Shown piece after piece: positions 43,721-52,125 of a stretch of DNA of 64,000 nucleotides. Position 1 is the stretch's first letter. Each line of letters opens with the position of its first letter. The translations under genes were made by a program, and so were the position numbers. The stretch lies in IMG/VR virus record IMGVR_UViG_3300020159_001918, positions 8,201 through 72,200 of that record; one strand, given 5' to 3'. The notes under the pieces are model-generated. The model saw nothing but the letters and a program-made list of their open reading frames with translations. It did not search any database and had not been told where the DNA came from. This DNA comes from a virus.

Positions 43721-45820
43721 ATGTCAGAAGAAATCGAAAACGGAAATCCAGATCTAACACCGATTGCTACTAAGCAATCTTCTATGTTCTTATTCAAGTT
43801 AACTGATGATTTCATAGAATCATATAGGTCTAAGTCTGCACCATTTGGATATAGGGATGCAGCTGGGAACTCTGTTGGAGAGATAACTTTTCTTCGTACT
43901 TACTCTAGATTAAAAGAAGATGGAACCAAAGAGACATGGTCTGACGTATGTGAAAGAGTTATTAACGGAATGTACTCTTTGCAAAAAGATCACTGCAAAA
44001 AGAATCGCTTACCATGGAATGATGCTAGAGCACAGGCGAGCGCCAAAGAAGCTTTCGATAGATTATTCAATCTTAAGTGGACTCCTCCTGGTCGTGGTCT
44101 TTGGGCTATGGGTACAAACATTGTAAATATACAAAAGAACTCCGCTGCACTGCAGAACTGTGCGTTTGTTTCTACTGGTGAAATGAATAAGTTTAACCCA
44201 GCAAAACCGTTTGCATTCCTCATGGAAGCATCAATGCTTGGTGTTGGTGTAGGCTTTGATGATAAAGGTGCAGATAAAGATTTTATTATCTATGAGCCAA
44301 AAGAATTAACATCATACATAATACCTGACACTAGAGAAGGTTGGGTTGAGTCCATGGCACTACTGCTTAATTCATACCTCAAAGAGAATCAACCTACATA
44401 TAATTTTGATTATTCTTTAATTCGCCCAAACGGTACTCCGATTAAGACATTTGGTGGAGTAGCTGCTGGTCATGAGCCATTAGAAAGGCTCCATGATCAT
44501 ATAAGAAAAATGTTTACTGGCCGCAAAGGCGACAAGTTAACGCGCATAGACATAGCAGACATAGGAAACGTTATTGGAGTATGTGTAGTATCCGGAAACG
44601 TTCGTCGTTCAGCTGAGTTGTTAATTGGCCGTTTAGATGATCAAGATTTCTTAAACTTAAAAAATTCAGAACGCTTTCCTGAGCGTAACTCATATGATTC
44701 ATCTGCTCCAGGTTGGGGTTGGATGTCTAATAACTCTGTAGAAACAGTAGTTGGCGCAGACTTATCTTCCATAGTAGAAGGCATCTCCCTTAATGGAGAG
44801 CCTGGTGTTCTTTGGATGGACATGTCCCGTAAGTACGGACGTCTAGCTGATCCGCCAAATAATAAGGATCACAGAGTTGCAGGCTATAACCCATGCGCTG
44901 AGCAGTCACTGGAATCATATGAGTGTTGCACCTTGGTGGAGACATATCTCAATCGTCACGACAGTCTAGAGGACTATAAGCGTACTCTAAAGTTCGCATA
45001 CCTCTACGCTAAGACTGTTACGCTCCTTCCTACACACTGGGAAGAGACTAACGCAATCATGCAACGCAATCGTCGCATCGGTGCATCAATGTCTGGTGTT
45101 GCAAACTTTGCTGATCGTGTTGGAGTTCCGGCACTTCGTGAATGGATGGATCAAGGATATAAAACCATTCAGCGATATGACAATGTTTACTCTGAGTGGT
45201 TGGGTATTCGTGAATCTATTAAGATGACGACTATCAAGCCTTCTGGAACCGTATCTATTCTTGCTGGTGAATCACCTGGCGTACACTGGACACCAGGTGG
45301 CAAATACTTTAATAGAACTATCAGATTCTCTAACGAAGATCCGATGTTACCGCTATTTAGAATGGCCAACTACAGGGTTGAACCAGCTTCTGAATCTCCA
45401 AATACAACCTCTGTTGTATATTTCCCAATTAAATCCGACGCTGAAAGAGCTGAAAAAGATGTTACAATCTTTGAAAAAATGTCTTTAGCAGCAACTGCAC
45501 AACGTTATTGGTCAGACAATTCTGTATCTGTAACAATATCTTTTAACAAGAATACCGAGGCGGAACATGTTGGAACTGTATTGCATATGTATGATGGACA
45601 ACTTAAGACGGTATCTTTCTTACCAAGTGGCAACGATACGTATCCACAAATGCCATACACTCAAATAACAGAAGAAGAATATACGGAAGCTTCGACATCG
45701 TTGTTCCCGATAGATTTAACTGGAGTATATGCTGGTATGGCTGCCGATGCAATTGGTGAACGTTACTGCACAACTGATTCTTGTGAAATTAAATTTATCA
45801 AGGACAACACAAAAGCATAG
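43721..45820 (+). CDS. nrdJ: Ribonucleotide reductase, class II (adenosylcobalamin-type, monomeric)-like
   Basis: 699 aa. Active-site region GYNPCAEQSLESYECCTLVE (NPC.E motif). C-terminal Cys pair CTTDSCEI. Overall resemblance to phage NrdJ proteins. Arg is encoded mostly by CGT/CGC here. Confidence 0.7.
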   Translation: MSEEIENGNPDLTPIATKQSSMFLFKLTDDFIESYRSKSAPFGYRDAAGNSVGEITFLRTYSRLKEDGTKETWSDVCERVINGMYSLQKDHCKKNRLPWNDARAQASAKEAFDRLFNLKWTPPGRGLWAMGTNIVNIQKNSAALQNCAFVSTGEMNKFNPAKPFAFLMEASMLGVGVGFDDKGADKDFIIYEPKELTSYIIPDTREGWVESMALLLNSYLKENQPTYNFDYSLIRPNGTPIKTFGGVAAGHEPLERLHDHIRKMFTGRKGDKLTRIDIADIGNVIGVCVVSGNVRRSAELLIGRLDDQDFLNLKNSERFPERNSYDSSAPGWGWMSNNSVETVVGADLSSIVEGISLNGEPGVLWMDMSRKYGRLADPPNNKDHRVAGYNPCAEQSLESYECCTLVETYLNRHDSLEDYKRTLKFAYLYAKTVTLLPTHWEETNAIMQRNRRIGASMSGVANFADRVGVPALREWMDQGYKTIQRYDNVYSEWLGIRESIKMTTIKPSGTVSILAGESPGVHWTPGGKYFNRTIRFSNEDPMLPLFRMANYRVEPASESPNTTSVVYFPIKSDAERAEKDVTIFEKMSLAATAQRYWSDNSVSVTISFNKNTEAEHVGTVLHMYDGQLKTVSFLPSGNDTYPQMPYTQITEEEYTEASTSLFPIDLTGVYAGMAADAIGERYCTTDSCEIKFIKDNTKA

Positions 45821-45831
45821 GGGGGTTTACT

Positions 45832-46191
45832 GTGTCAGATGACAAAAATTTTGATAAGATATTTTCAGAAATAACTTCTCCACAAAACATAGGCTCTATG
45901 CCGGGTATAGTTGGTGCCCTCTCATTAAATAGTGCAAGAGATTATTCTTTGCTTTTGTCTGAATTGATTACAGCTATACAGGAAATAAATTTAATTATTG
46001 TTAATCTTACTGAAGATTGTGATGAACCATTTGTAATACCAGTTGAAGTAGTGGAAATTTTAGAGATGCTATACGCAAAAACAAAAGATTTCAACAACTA
46101 TATGGTAAACTTGGATCAAGATGATATAGGATACTATATCTACATAGACGAAGAAGAAGATTATGACGATGAATCAGAAGACGGAAAATGA
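45832..46191 (+). CDS. Small acidic hypothetical protein, 119 aa
   Basis: GTG start after AGGGGGG. Acidic C-terminal tail (DEEEDYDDESEDGK). Confidence 0.5.
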   Translation: MSDDKNFDKIFSEITSPQNIGSMPGIVGALSLNSARDYSLLLSELITAIQEINLIIVNLTEDCDEPFVIPVEVVEILEMLYAKTKDFNNYMVNLDQDDIGYYIYIDEEEDYDDESEDGK

Positions 46192-46894
46192 AGATTATGA
46201 TAATAACACAATACCTGTTTTAGACAAGGGTTATGTTAGATTAGTTGATGTTATGGGTAGTGACCTATCCGTAGTTAACGCTGCAAGAGCATCTTTTGCC
46301 AAAGAATCAAATGAGCTTTCTGTACAAGACGCAAGACTAATAGATTTTTTAGCAAGAGAAAATCATATGTCACCGTTCCGTCACGCATTTTTAACATTTG
46401 AATTTAAAGCTCCACTTATGGTTGCTAGACAGCATTGGAAATATGTAGTTGGATCAGATCACACAATGGACTCCTGGAACGAATCTTCCAGAAGGTACAT
46501 AACTATGGATCCAGAATTTTATATACCTGGGCCAGAACAGTGGAGACTCGCTGCAGAGAATAAAAAACAAGGTTCTTCTGGACTAGCTGGTCCTTGGACC
46601 GGTTCCATACTAAACACAGAATTAAAGCAGTTAGTTGACAAGTGTGAATCCATCTATAATATGGCCCTAGAGCAAGGGATTGCTCCAGAGCAAGCTAGGT
46701 TATTCTTGCCAGCATATGGTATGTACGTTACATATAGGTGGTCATGCAGTCTTCAGTCTGTGGCTTTATTTTTAAATCAAAGATTAGGCGAAGAATCGCA
46801 AGTAGAGATTCAAGAGTATGCAAAAGCTGTGTTTAATCTAACAAAAGAAAAGTTTCCAGTATCAATAGATAGACTGGTTTCAATACATGTATAA
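46163..46894 (+). CDS. thyX: Flavin-dependent thymidylate synthase (ThyX)-like protein with a non-canonical signature motif
   Basis: VLDKGYVRLVDVMGSDLSVVNAARASF, PFRHAFLTFEFKAPLMVARQ, SWNESSRRY and ARLFLP...QVEIQEYA align closely with T. maritima ThyX as I recall it. The RHR of the RHRxxSxNxxSxRY motif is replaced by KYV plus a 6-aa insertion. Confidence 0.7.
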   Translation: MTMNQKTENEDYDNNTIPVLDKGYVRLVDVMGSDLSVVNAARASFAKESNELSVQDARLIDFLARENHMSPFRHAFLTFEFKAPLMVARQHWKYVVGSDHTMDSWNESSRRYITMDPEFYIPGPEQWRLAAENKKQGSSGLAGPWTGSILNTELKQLVDKCESIYNMALEQGIAPEQARLFLPAYGMYVTYRWSCSLQSVALFLNQRLGEESQVEIQEYAKAVFNLTKEKFPVSIDRLVSIHV

Positions 46895-47057
46895 AAACAT
46901 ACTATTGTTTATAATATTTTCTTTTTTAATTAATTGGACTATAAGTTTACAAATGTTAAATCAATCTTCTAAACAGAAGAGTATCAAGTTTACGGCAATC
47001 GCATTAGCTTTGACTACAGGAACTATTGCAGGATTTATAATTTCTCTTATACCATGA
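46887..47057 (+). CDS. Small membrane protein (56 aa), absent from the ORF track
   Basis: ATG 46887 overlaps the thyX end, and TGA 47055-47057 overlaps ATG 47054 (ATGA). There are two hydrophobic segments (ILLFIIFSFLINW and AIALALTTGTIAGFIISLI). Confidence 0.5.
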   Translation: MYKNILLFIIFSFLINWTISLQMLNQSSKQKSIKFTAIALALTTGTIAGFIISLIP

Positions 47058-47518
47058 CTGTAATATCTAAAAAAGATATACAGTTTATGAAGATGTGTAT
47101 CGATAGTTCAAAAACATTTTCTACTTGTGGTAAAAAGCAATACGCAGCTATGTTAGTGGATGAGTATAACCACATAGTTGGATTTGGATACAATGGTGGA
47201 CCAAGAGGTTTCCTACACTGTAACGAGGGTGGCTGTAAACGCTTTTTGGAAAACTCAAATAGCGGATCAGCATATGACAATTGTATAGCAATTCACGCAG
47301 AAGCAAACGCCTTACTTCATTCTGATTACAGTTCAAGGCCAAAAAAAATATATGTAAATGGTCCTCCTTGTTTTAGTTGCGCTAAGTTGATAGCCAACAG
47401 CACCCTAGATACTGTATACTATCTGTATGATTCTGACTATAAGAACTGGGAAGATGTGGAATCTTTTTTATTAAAAGCAAATGTAGAGACTATAAGGATA
47501 GATAATGGCAGCTTCTAA
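47054..47518 (+). CDS. dCMP deaminase (cytidine/deoxycytidylate deaminase family)
   Basis: Zinc motifs CIAIHAEANAL (HAE) and PCFSCAKLI (PCxxC). The 154-aa size is typical. Confidence 0.8.
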   Translation: MTVISKKDIQFMKMCIDSSKTFSTCGKKQYAAMLVDEYNHIVGFGYNGGPRGFLHCNEGGCKRFLENSNSGSAYDNCIAIHAEANALLHSDYSSRPKKIYVNGPPCFSCAKLIANSTLDTVYYLYDSDYKNWEDVESFLLKANVETIRIDNGSF

Positions 47519-47747
47519 ATTAAATTATATTGTAGTATACAAAAATCATAGTCAGGTCTATGGTTGTTCCTCTAAAAAAATAGCTTTAGAATCACCTCCA
47601 CCAGAGGGCTATACAAACGATGATAAGAGAATACTTTTTGCAACATTTGAACCAGATACAAGTTCTTTGTGTGTTTACCCTGTATCATTAGATGATATAG
47701 AACTTGAAGAAGTAAAAGTTAAGAAAGCTAAGAAGAAAAATGACTAA
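47505..47747 (+). CDS. Hypothetical protein, 80 aa
   Basis: ORF overlapping both neighbours in operon-like fashion. Confidence 0.4.
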   Translation: MAASKLNYIVVYKNHSQVYGCSSKKIALESPPPEGYTNDDKRILFATFEPDTSSLCVYPVSLDDIELEEVKVKKAKKKND

Positions 47748-47982
47748 GAAAAAAATAGAAAAAAAGAAAGTAAATATTAAACTTGAATCTGGGCAAACAT
47801 ATTTAGTTACTTCCATAGATGAGATGTTGCAAATAGCAAATTCTTTGATACACTTAGCTTCTTCAATCAAGGATGAAAAAGACAAATTGTCTATACTTGG
47901 TTTAAGCGAAGAAGCAGTAAAAGCAATGACCGAAAACAAATTTATAGGAGGATCTTCAGATGAAGATGAAGATTGGAATTAG
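47740..47982 (+). CDS. Hypothetical protein, 80 aa
   Basis: Lys-rich N-terminus. ORF contiguous with its neighbours. Confidence 0.4.
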   Translation: MTKKKIEKKKVNIKLESGQTYLVTSIDEMLQIANSLIHLASSIKDEKDKLSILGLSEEAVKAMTENKFIGGSSDEDEDWN

Positions 47983-48238
47983 TATCATAGTGGTGGCAGC
48001 ATGTTCTTATTTGGTGTATAGTCAAAAAAGAAAAGTTAGGTATGATTATTTCAACGATGTTTCAGAAGATTACTTTAAAGAATATCCACAGGGATATAAT
48101 CCACAAAGTAGTTTCATAGAATTCTTTGATAAGGAAAATATAAAAGAAGCCTTTAGTAGATATGATAAATATCTAGATCTTGGTTTGAATAAAGAAGACG
48201 CATTTAAGTCTGTAGTGGAAGACAAGAGAAATAAATGA
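47960..48238 (+). CDS. Hypothetical membrane-anchored protein, 92 aa
   Basis: RBS AGGAGGA. N-terminal hydrophobic helix IGISIIVVAACSYLVY. Confidence 0.45.
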   Translation: MKMKIGISIIVVAACSYLVYSQKRKVRYDYFNDVSEDYFKEYPQGYNPQSSFIEFFDKENIKEAFSRYDKYLDLGLNKEDAFKSVVEDKRNK

Positions 48239-49038
48239 TAGATTTATGTGTAGTCAATTATAATACCAAGTCTCTTTTAGAAAGATTTCTAAACACACTT
48301 CATGCTGATTTTATTACAAGTGGAAAAGTTTGGAATTTAAATATCTGCGATAATGGTTCTACTGATGGTAGCTTTGAATGGCTAGAGGAAAATAAAGATA
48401 CTTATTACATAGCTAATGGTTGGAAAAAAGCTAACATAGGCTATTCAGCAGCTTGTAACTTCATGGCTTCATCGACATACGGTGATGTGATAGGACTGCT
48501 AAATGCAGATGTTTGGCTCACAAGTCAAGATCTAATTGATATAGATAATATCTTTCAATCCAATCCTGATATACATATACTTGGCCCAAAACAACGTGAT
48601 GAAAAAGGTCATATTACACATGCGGGAATAGTTGGATCAAACACTGCTCCAGCTCATCGTGGTTGGCATCAGCTTGACGTAGAAGATGTTCTTTACAGGG
48701 ATAGAGTAGAGTGCGTAACCGTATCTGGATCAGCGTATTTTATTAGAAGATCGGTTTGGGAAGCGCTAACCAATGATGAGGAATATCAAAAGATGTACCC
48801 AGGCGCATTAGGAGCCTTCCTGCCGACTCCTCACTACTATGAGGAGACGTGGTGCTCATACTTTGCTCGTCATCGTGGTTACAACGTAGTATACGACGGC
48901 AGCGTATCTATTGGGCATAGCTGGCACGCTTCTTCCCCTAAGCCAGGCGAAGGGTATAGTCATGCAGATTCACAGTTTAGATTAAGTCAATCAATATTTC
49001 GCAAAGCCTGCGATACAATAGGAATAGAAAGAGATTAA
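48235..49038 (+). CDS. Family 2 glycosyltransferase
   Basis: LCVVNYNTKSLLERFLNTL...ICDNGSTDGS, NIGYSAACN and LLNADVW follow the GT2 (GT-A) pattern. Confidence 0.7.
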   Translation: MIDLCVVNYNTKSLLERFLNTLHADFITSGKVWNLNICDNGSTDGSFEWLEENKDTYYIANGWKKANIGYSAACNFMASSTYGDVIGLLNADVWLTSQDLIDIDNIFQSNPDIHILGPKQRDEKGHITHAGIVGSNTAPAHRGWHQLDVEDVLYRDRVECVTVSGSAYFIRRSVWEALTNDEEYQKMYPGALGAFLPTPHYYEETWCSYFARHRGYNVVYDGSVSIGHSWHASSPKPGEGYSHADSQFRLSQSIFRKACDTIGIERD

Positions 49039-49039
49039 A

Positions 49040-49441
49040 ATGTCAGATCAATTTAATGTTTACCTTTACAATGCAGAAGTAGTTAAGATAGTAGACGGAG
49101 ACACATTCAAGATCAATATAGATCTTGGTTTTGAGGTTCACATTGGACCAAAGAGTGTCAGACTATACGGCGTTAACACACCAGAAAGCCGTACAACAAA
49201 CTTGGAAGAAAAGAAGATGGGCCTTGCTGCAAAAGAGTTCACTGATCAATGGATTAAGAAAGCTAATAGTAAAGTAAAGATCGAAACCATTCTTGATAAG
49301 AACGAGAAGTATGGCAGAATCCTAGCTAGAGTATGGAACGAAGCTGGCGAATGTCTCAACACTGAAATTGTCAAAGCCGGACTAGCCAGAGAATACTTTG
49401 GTGTAGGCGATAAAACATTTGAGGAATTCAAGAAGGCATAG
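49040..49441 (+). CDS. Staphylococcal (micrococcal) nuclease-like thermonuclease
   Basis: VVKIVDGDTFKI...VRLYGVNTPE...YGRILARVW...LAREY matches the SNase core (VIDGDT / VRL.GID.PE / R...). Confidence 0.7.
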   Translation: MSDQFNVYLYNAEVVKIVDGDTFKINIDLGFEVHIGPKSVRLYGVNTPESRTTNLEEKKMGLAAKEFTDQWIKKANSKVKIETILDKNEKYGRILARVWNEAGECLNTEIVKAGLAREYFGVGDKTFEEFKKA

Positions 49442-49854
49442 TGCAAACTAGAGTATTTCTATCGGGTGCCATAGAAGACATTCAATCTGACTTTAAATAT
49501 AGTTGGAGAAATGAGGCGACTTCTCTTTTAGGTCACAGAGGCTTTAAAGCTGTCAATCCAATGGATTATGCTCTAGAAGAGGAAGACTGCCAACCAAAAG
49601 AAATAGTAGACAAAAATCTCTTTCTGCAAAAGAGCTGTGATATTATTTTAGTAGAATATACATTACTCTATAGGGCATACATTGGAACAGACTTTGAGAT
49701 GACCTGGGCGCATCTAAATAATCAACCAGTAATTGTTTGGGCTCATCAAGATATACAGCATAGAATTTATCTTAAGTTTCTTGCCACAAAAGTTGCAGAT
49801 ACTCTTGAAGAGGCTGTAGAATATATATCTAATACATATCCATCAACTAAATAA
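49441..49854 (+). CDS. Nucleoside 2-deoxyribosyltransferase-like protein
   Basis: RVFLSGAI...W...GFKAVNP...CDIILVEY...IGTDFEMTWAHLNNQPVIVW follows the NDT/Rcl family pattern (AGP..., sD.vv, GT..E.G.A...KP). Confidence 0.55.
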   Translation: MQTRVFLSGAIEDIQSDFKYSWRNEATSLLGHRGFKAVNPMDYALEEEDCQPKEIVDKNLFLQKSCDIILVEYTLLYRAYIGTDFEMTWAHLNNQPVIVWAHQDIQHRIYLKFLATKVADTLEEAVEYISNTYPSTK

Positions 49855-49864
49855 AGGAAATAAT

Positions 49865-50047
49865 ATGGCAGAAAATAAGTTTAACTATTTTGAAGTAACC
49901 ACTTCTTATGTTGTTAAGGCCAAGAATAAGTCAGAGGCTGAAAAGGTAGTTCTTGGACGTCGTGGCGTTAAGGGCGAAGTTATTACTAGTAAGACTAATG
50001 TAGATCGAATCTCGGCTGTAGAAGTCCGAGAAATGTTGGAGATCTAA
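49865..50047 (+). CDS. Hypothetical protein, 60 aa
   Basis: RBS AAGGAAA. Followed by a hairpin. Confidence 0.4.
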   Translation: MAENKFNYFEVTTSYVVKAKNKSEAEKVVLGRRGVKGEVITSKTNVDRISAVEVREMLEI

Positions 50048-50060
50048 AAATCCTATTAAC

Positions 50061-50096
50061 TAGAGGGTAGCACTATTCACTTAGTGTTACCCTCTA
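50061..50096 (+). terminator. Stable hairpin (14-bp stem with one G-U pair, 8-nt loop) lacking a U-tract. Possible terminator or RNA-processing structure.
   Basis: TAGAGGGTAGCACT-attcactt-AGTGTTACCCTCTA in the 68-nt gap between genes. Confidence 0.35.
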
Positions 50097-50115
50097 TAAA
50101 CCTTAAGGAAAGTAT

Positions 50116-50817
50116 ATGATATACGCTCAAATGGTGGGCAGAAATGAAGAGGGAAGATTTCTAGAGGAAGTTCTAGAAAGGCTTTCACAGCAAGTAGATG
50201 GTATTATTTTTACCGATGATTGCTCTACTGATAACACAGCCAAAATAGCAGAAAAATATTGTCATGTTTATTCAACTCCAGAGCAACTGTTCACAAAGCA
50301 TGAGGGTCAACTAAGAGCTTTTGCTTGGTCTAATATGTGCCAGCATGCAAAACTCGGTGACTGGATTGTAGCAATCGATTGTGACGAAATGTTGTATAAT
50401 AAAAATGATATAGACAATCTTGATATTTCATCTGTTCTATCAAATTCGCCTTATGATGTTGCCAATGTTCGTTTTTATCATATGTGGAACGAGAATCAAT
50501 GGCGTACAGATAAGCTATGGGCTCCAAATAATAGCAGTAGAATATTTAGGTTTAAAGAAAATGGCGGCTTTGCTAATAGAAGGTTAGCTTGCGGTTCAGA
50601 ACCTACATATGTAGTTGACTGGATTGGACAAAGAAATTTCTGGATTGATTCAGGGCTAGTTATGAAACATCTTGGATACGTAAGAGACGAAGATAAGATC
50701 TCTAAGCATCAAAGGTATTCGACTTTAGACGGTGGAGAATTTCACGCATTAAATCATATCAACTCAATAATAGACCCAAATCCAGTCTTGATTGACTGGG
50801 GAAATTTCTTAAGGTAG
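50116..50817 (+). CDS. Family 2 glycosyltransferase
   Basis: GIIFTDDCSTDNTAKIAEKY and AIDCDE (DxD) follow the GT-A pattern. Confidence 0.6.
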   Translation: MIYAQMVGRNEEGRFLEEVLERLSQQVDGIIFTDDCSTDNTAKIAEKYCHVYSTPEQLFTKHEGQLRAFAWSNMCQHAKLGDWIVAIDCDEMLYNKNDIDNLDISSVLSNSPYDVANVRFYHMWNENQWRTDKLWAPNNSSRIFRFKENGGFANRRLACGSEPTYVVDWIGQRNFWIDSGLVMKHLGYVRDEDKISKHQRYSTLDGGEFHALNHINSIIDPNPVLIDWGNFLR

Positions 50818-50822
50818 GAAAA

Positions 50823-51497
50823 ATGAAAAAAGATATTAGAATTGCAACACACGCACAAACGATTCAATCGCTAACTTTAAAAATGTTATCTAAGGAACGT
50901 TTTGCTTATGTTAATTTTCCTCGATCAGCACTCATTGCTATGGGTAGTCCAGATATGAAGAAAGCTTCTAAGGACTTTAGTGATTCAATAAGTAAATCAT
51001 TTAGTATTAATGATAAGAATTTTATGAAAGGAATACCTTTAGCTTTTGTAAATTCTAATGATTCAGATAATGAATTAGATTATTCAAAAGTGGATTCTAA
51101 TCAGACATACTATAACTCAACAACACTTGAAAATTATTTCAATAATAATGAAGTAGCTTTTACATCTTTTGTAGACTTTTACATAAGAAATACCCCATAT
51201 GTTGTAGTTACATTTCATGATAGAAAAGTAATTACAAGGGTTTTAGGATCACCTGTGGACACAATTTATGTTCCATATAATGATTATTATGATAAGTTAG
51301 ATTCTATAATTGAAACTCTGGCAATCTATACAAGTAAAGTTGATACAGTTATTTTGGATTGTCCGCTACTTTCCGCTGCTTTAGCTGGTAAAATATGGGA
51401 CGAATTAAATTTTTCTATAATAGATTTTGGGAAGGTAATCGGTTTTGCTCGAGCAAGATTTAGCAATAGGATTTCCCAAAATGAAAAAACAGATTGA
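50823..51497 (+). CDS. Hypothetical protein, 224 aa
   Basis: Clean ORF immediately after the GT2 gene. No family recognised with confidence. Confidence 0.5.
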   Translation: MKKDIRIATHAQTIQSLTLKMLSKERFAYVNFPRSALIAMGSPDMKKASKDFSDSISKSFSINDKNFMKGIPLAFVNSNDSDNELDYSKVDSNQTYYNSTTLENYFNNNEVAFTSFVDFYIRNTPYVVVTFHDRKVITRVLGSPVDTIYVPYNDYYDKLDSIIETLAIYTSKVDTVILDCPLLSAALAGKIWDELNFSIIDFGKVIGFARARFSNRISQNEKTD

Positions 51498-52125
51498 AGA
51501 TAAAGAAGATGATCTATTTTTAATAGATCTTTTATTTGAATCAGATCTAACTATTTCAGCTATAGCCAAAGAACTTGGTTATTCATTTACTCAGTTAAAT
51601 AAAAAGATTAATTCACTTGGTCTTTCTTGGATTAAAGAGCAAAAGAAAAAAACATCAAGAGGTCAAGCTGCGCTTACTCAGGCAATGCAAAAGCTTTTTC
51701 CTGGACAAAAGATCATAAACGAACATCACATAGGTGAGCGATTAAGAATCGATGTATATTGTCCAGAATATAGAATAGGTGCAGAGTTTCATGGTAGGCA
51801 GCACTTCTATTATACTGAAAGATTTTTTGAATCAAAATATGATTTTATTCAGGCTCAAAAAAGAGATGAAAGAAAATTAGAACTTTGCAAGCAAGAAGGA
51901 ATAACATTAGTTGTATTTAGATACAATGATGAGCTGAGTGAACAAGCTGTTTATGATAGACTATTGCAGGCAATAAGATTAAGTCCTAATGTTCCAGAGA
52001 ATATAAAGACGAATAAAAAGAGCATTACTCAAAATAAATTTTATCAGGATAGAAAAAAGCAATACAACGAAAGAAAGAAAGAGACATATAAAAAAATGAA
52101 AAAGAGAAGAGATAATCATGAGTGA
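51481..52125 (+). CDS. HTH plus Vsr/DUF559-like PD-(D/E)XK endonuclease (possible homing-type endonuclease)
   Basis: ATG 51481 is preferred over the track's 51445. N-terminal HTH-like LTISAIAKELGYSFTQLNKKINSLG. The core RIDVYCPEYRIGAEFHGRQH...KRDERKLELCKQEGITLVVFRY matches the D...E.dG..H...D..R...L...G..v.R pattern. Basic C-terminal tail. Confidence 0.5.
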   Translation: MKKQIEDKEDDLFLIDLLFESDLTISAIAKELGYSFTQLNKKINSLGLSWIKEQKKKTSRGQAALTQAMQKLFPGQKIINEHHIGERLRIDVYCPEYRIGAEFHGRQHFYYTERFFESKYDFIQAQKRDERKLELCKQEGITLVVFRYNDELSEQAVYDRLLQAIRLSPNVPENIKTNKKSITQNKFYQDRKKQYNERKKETYKKMKKRRDNHE

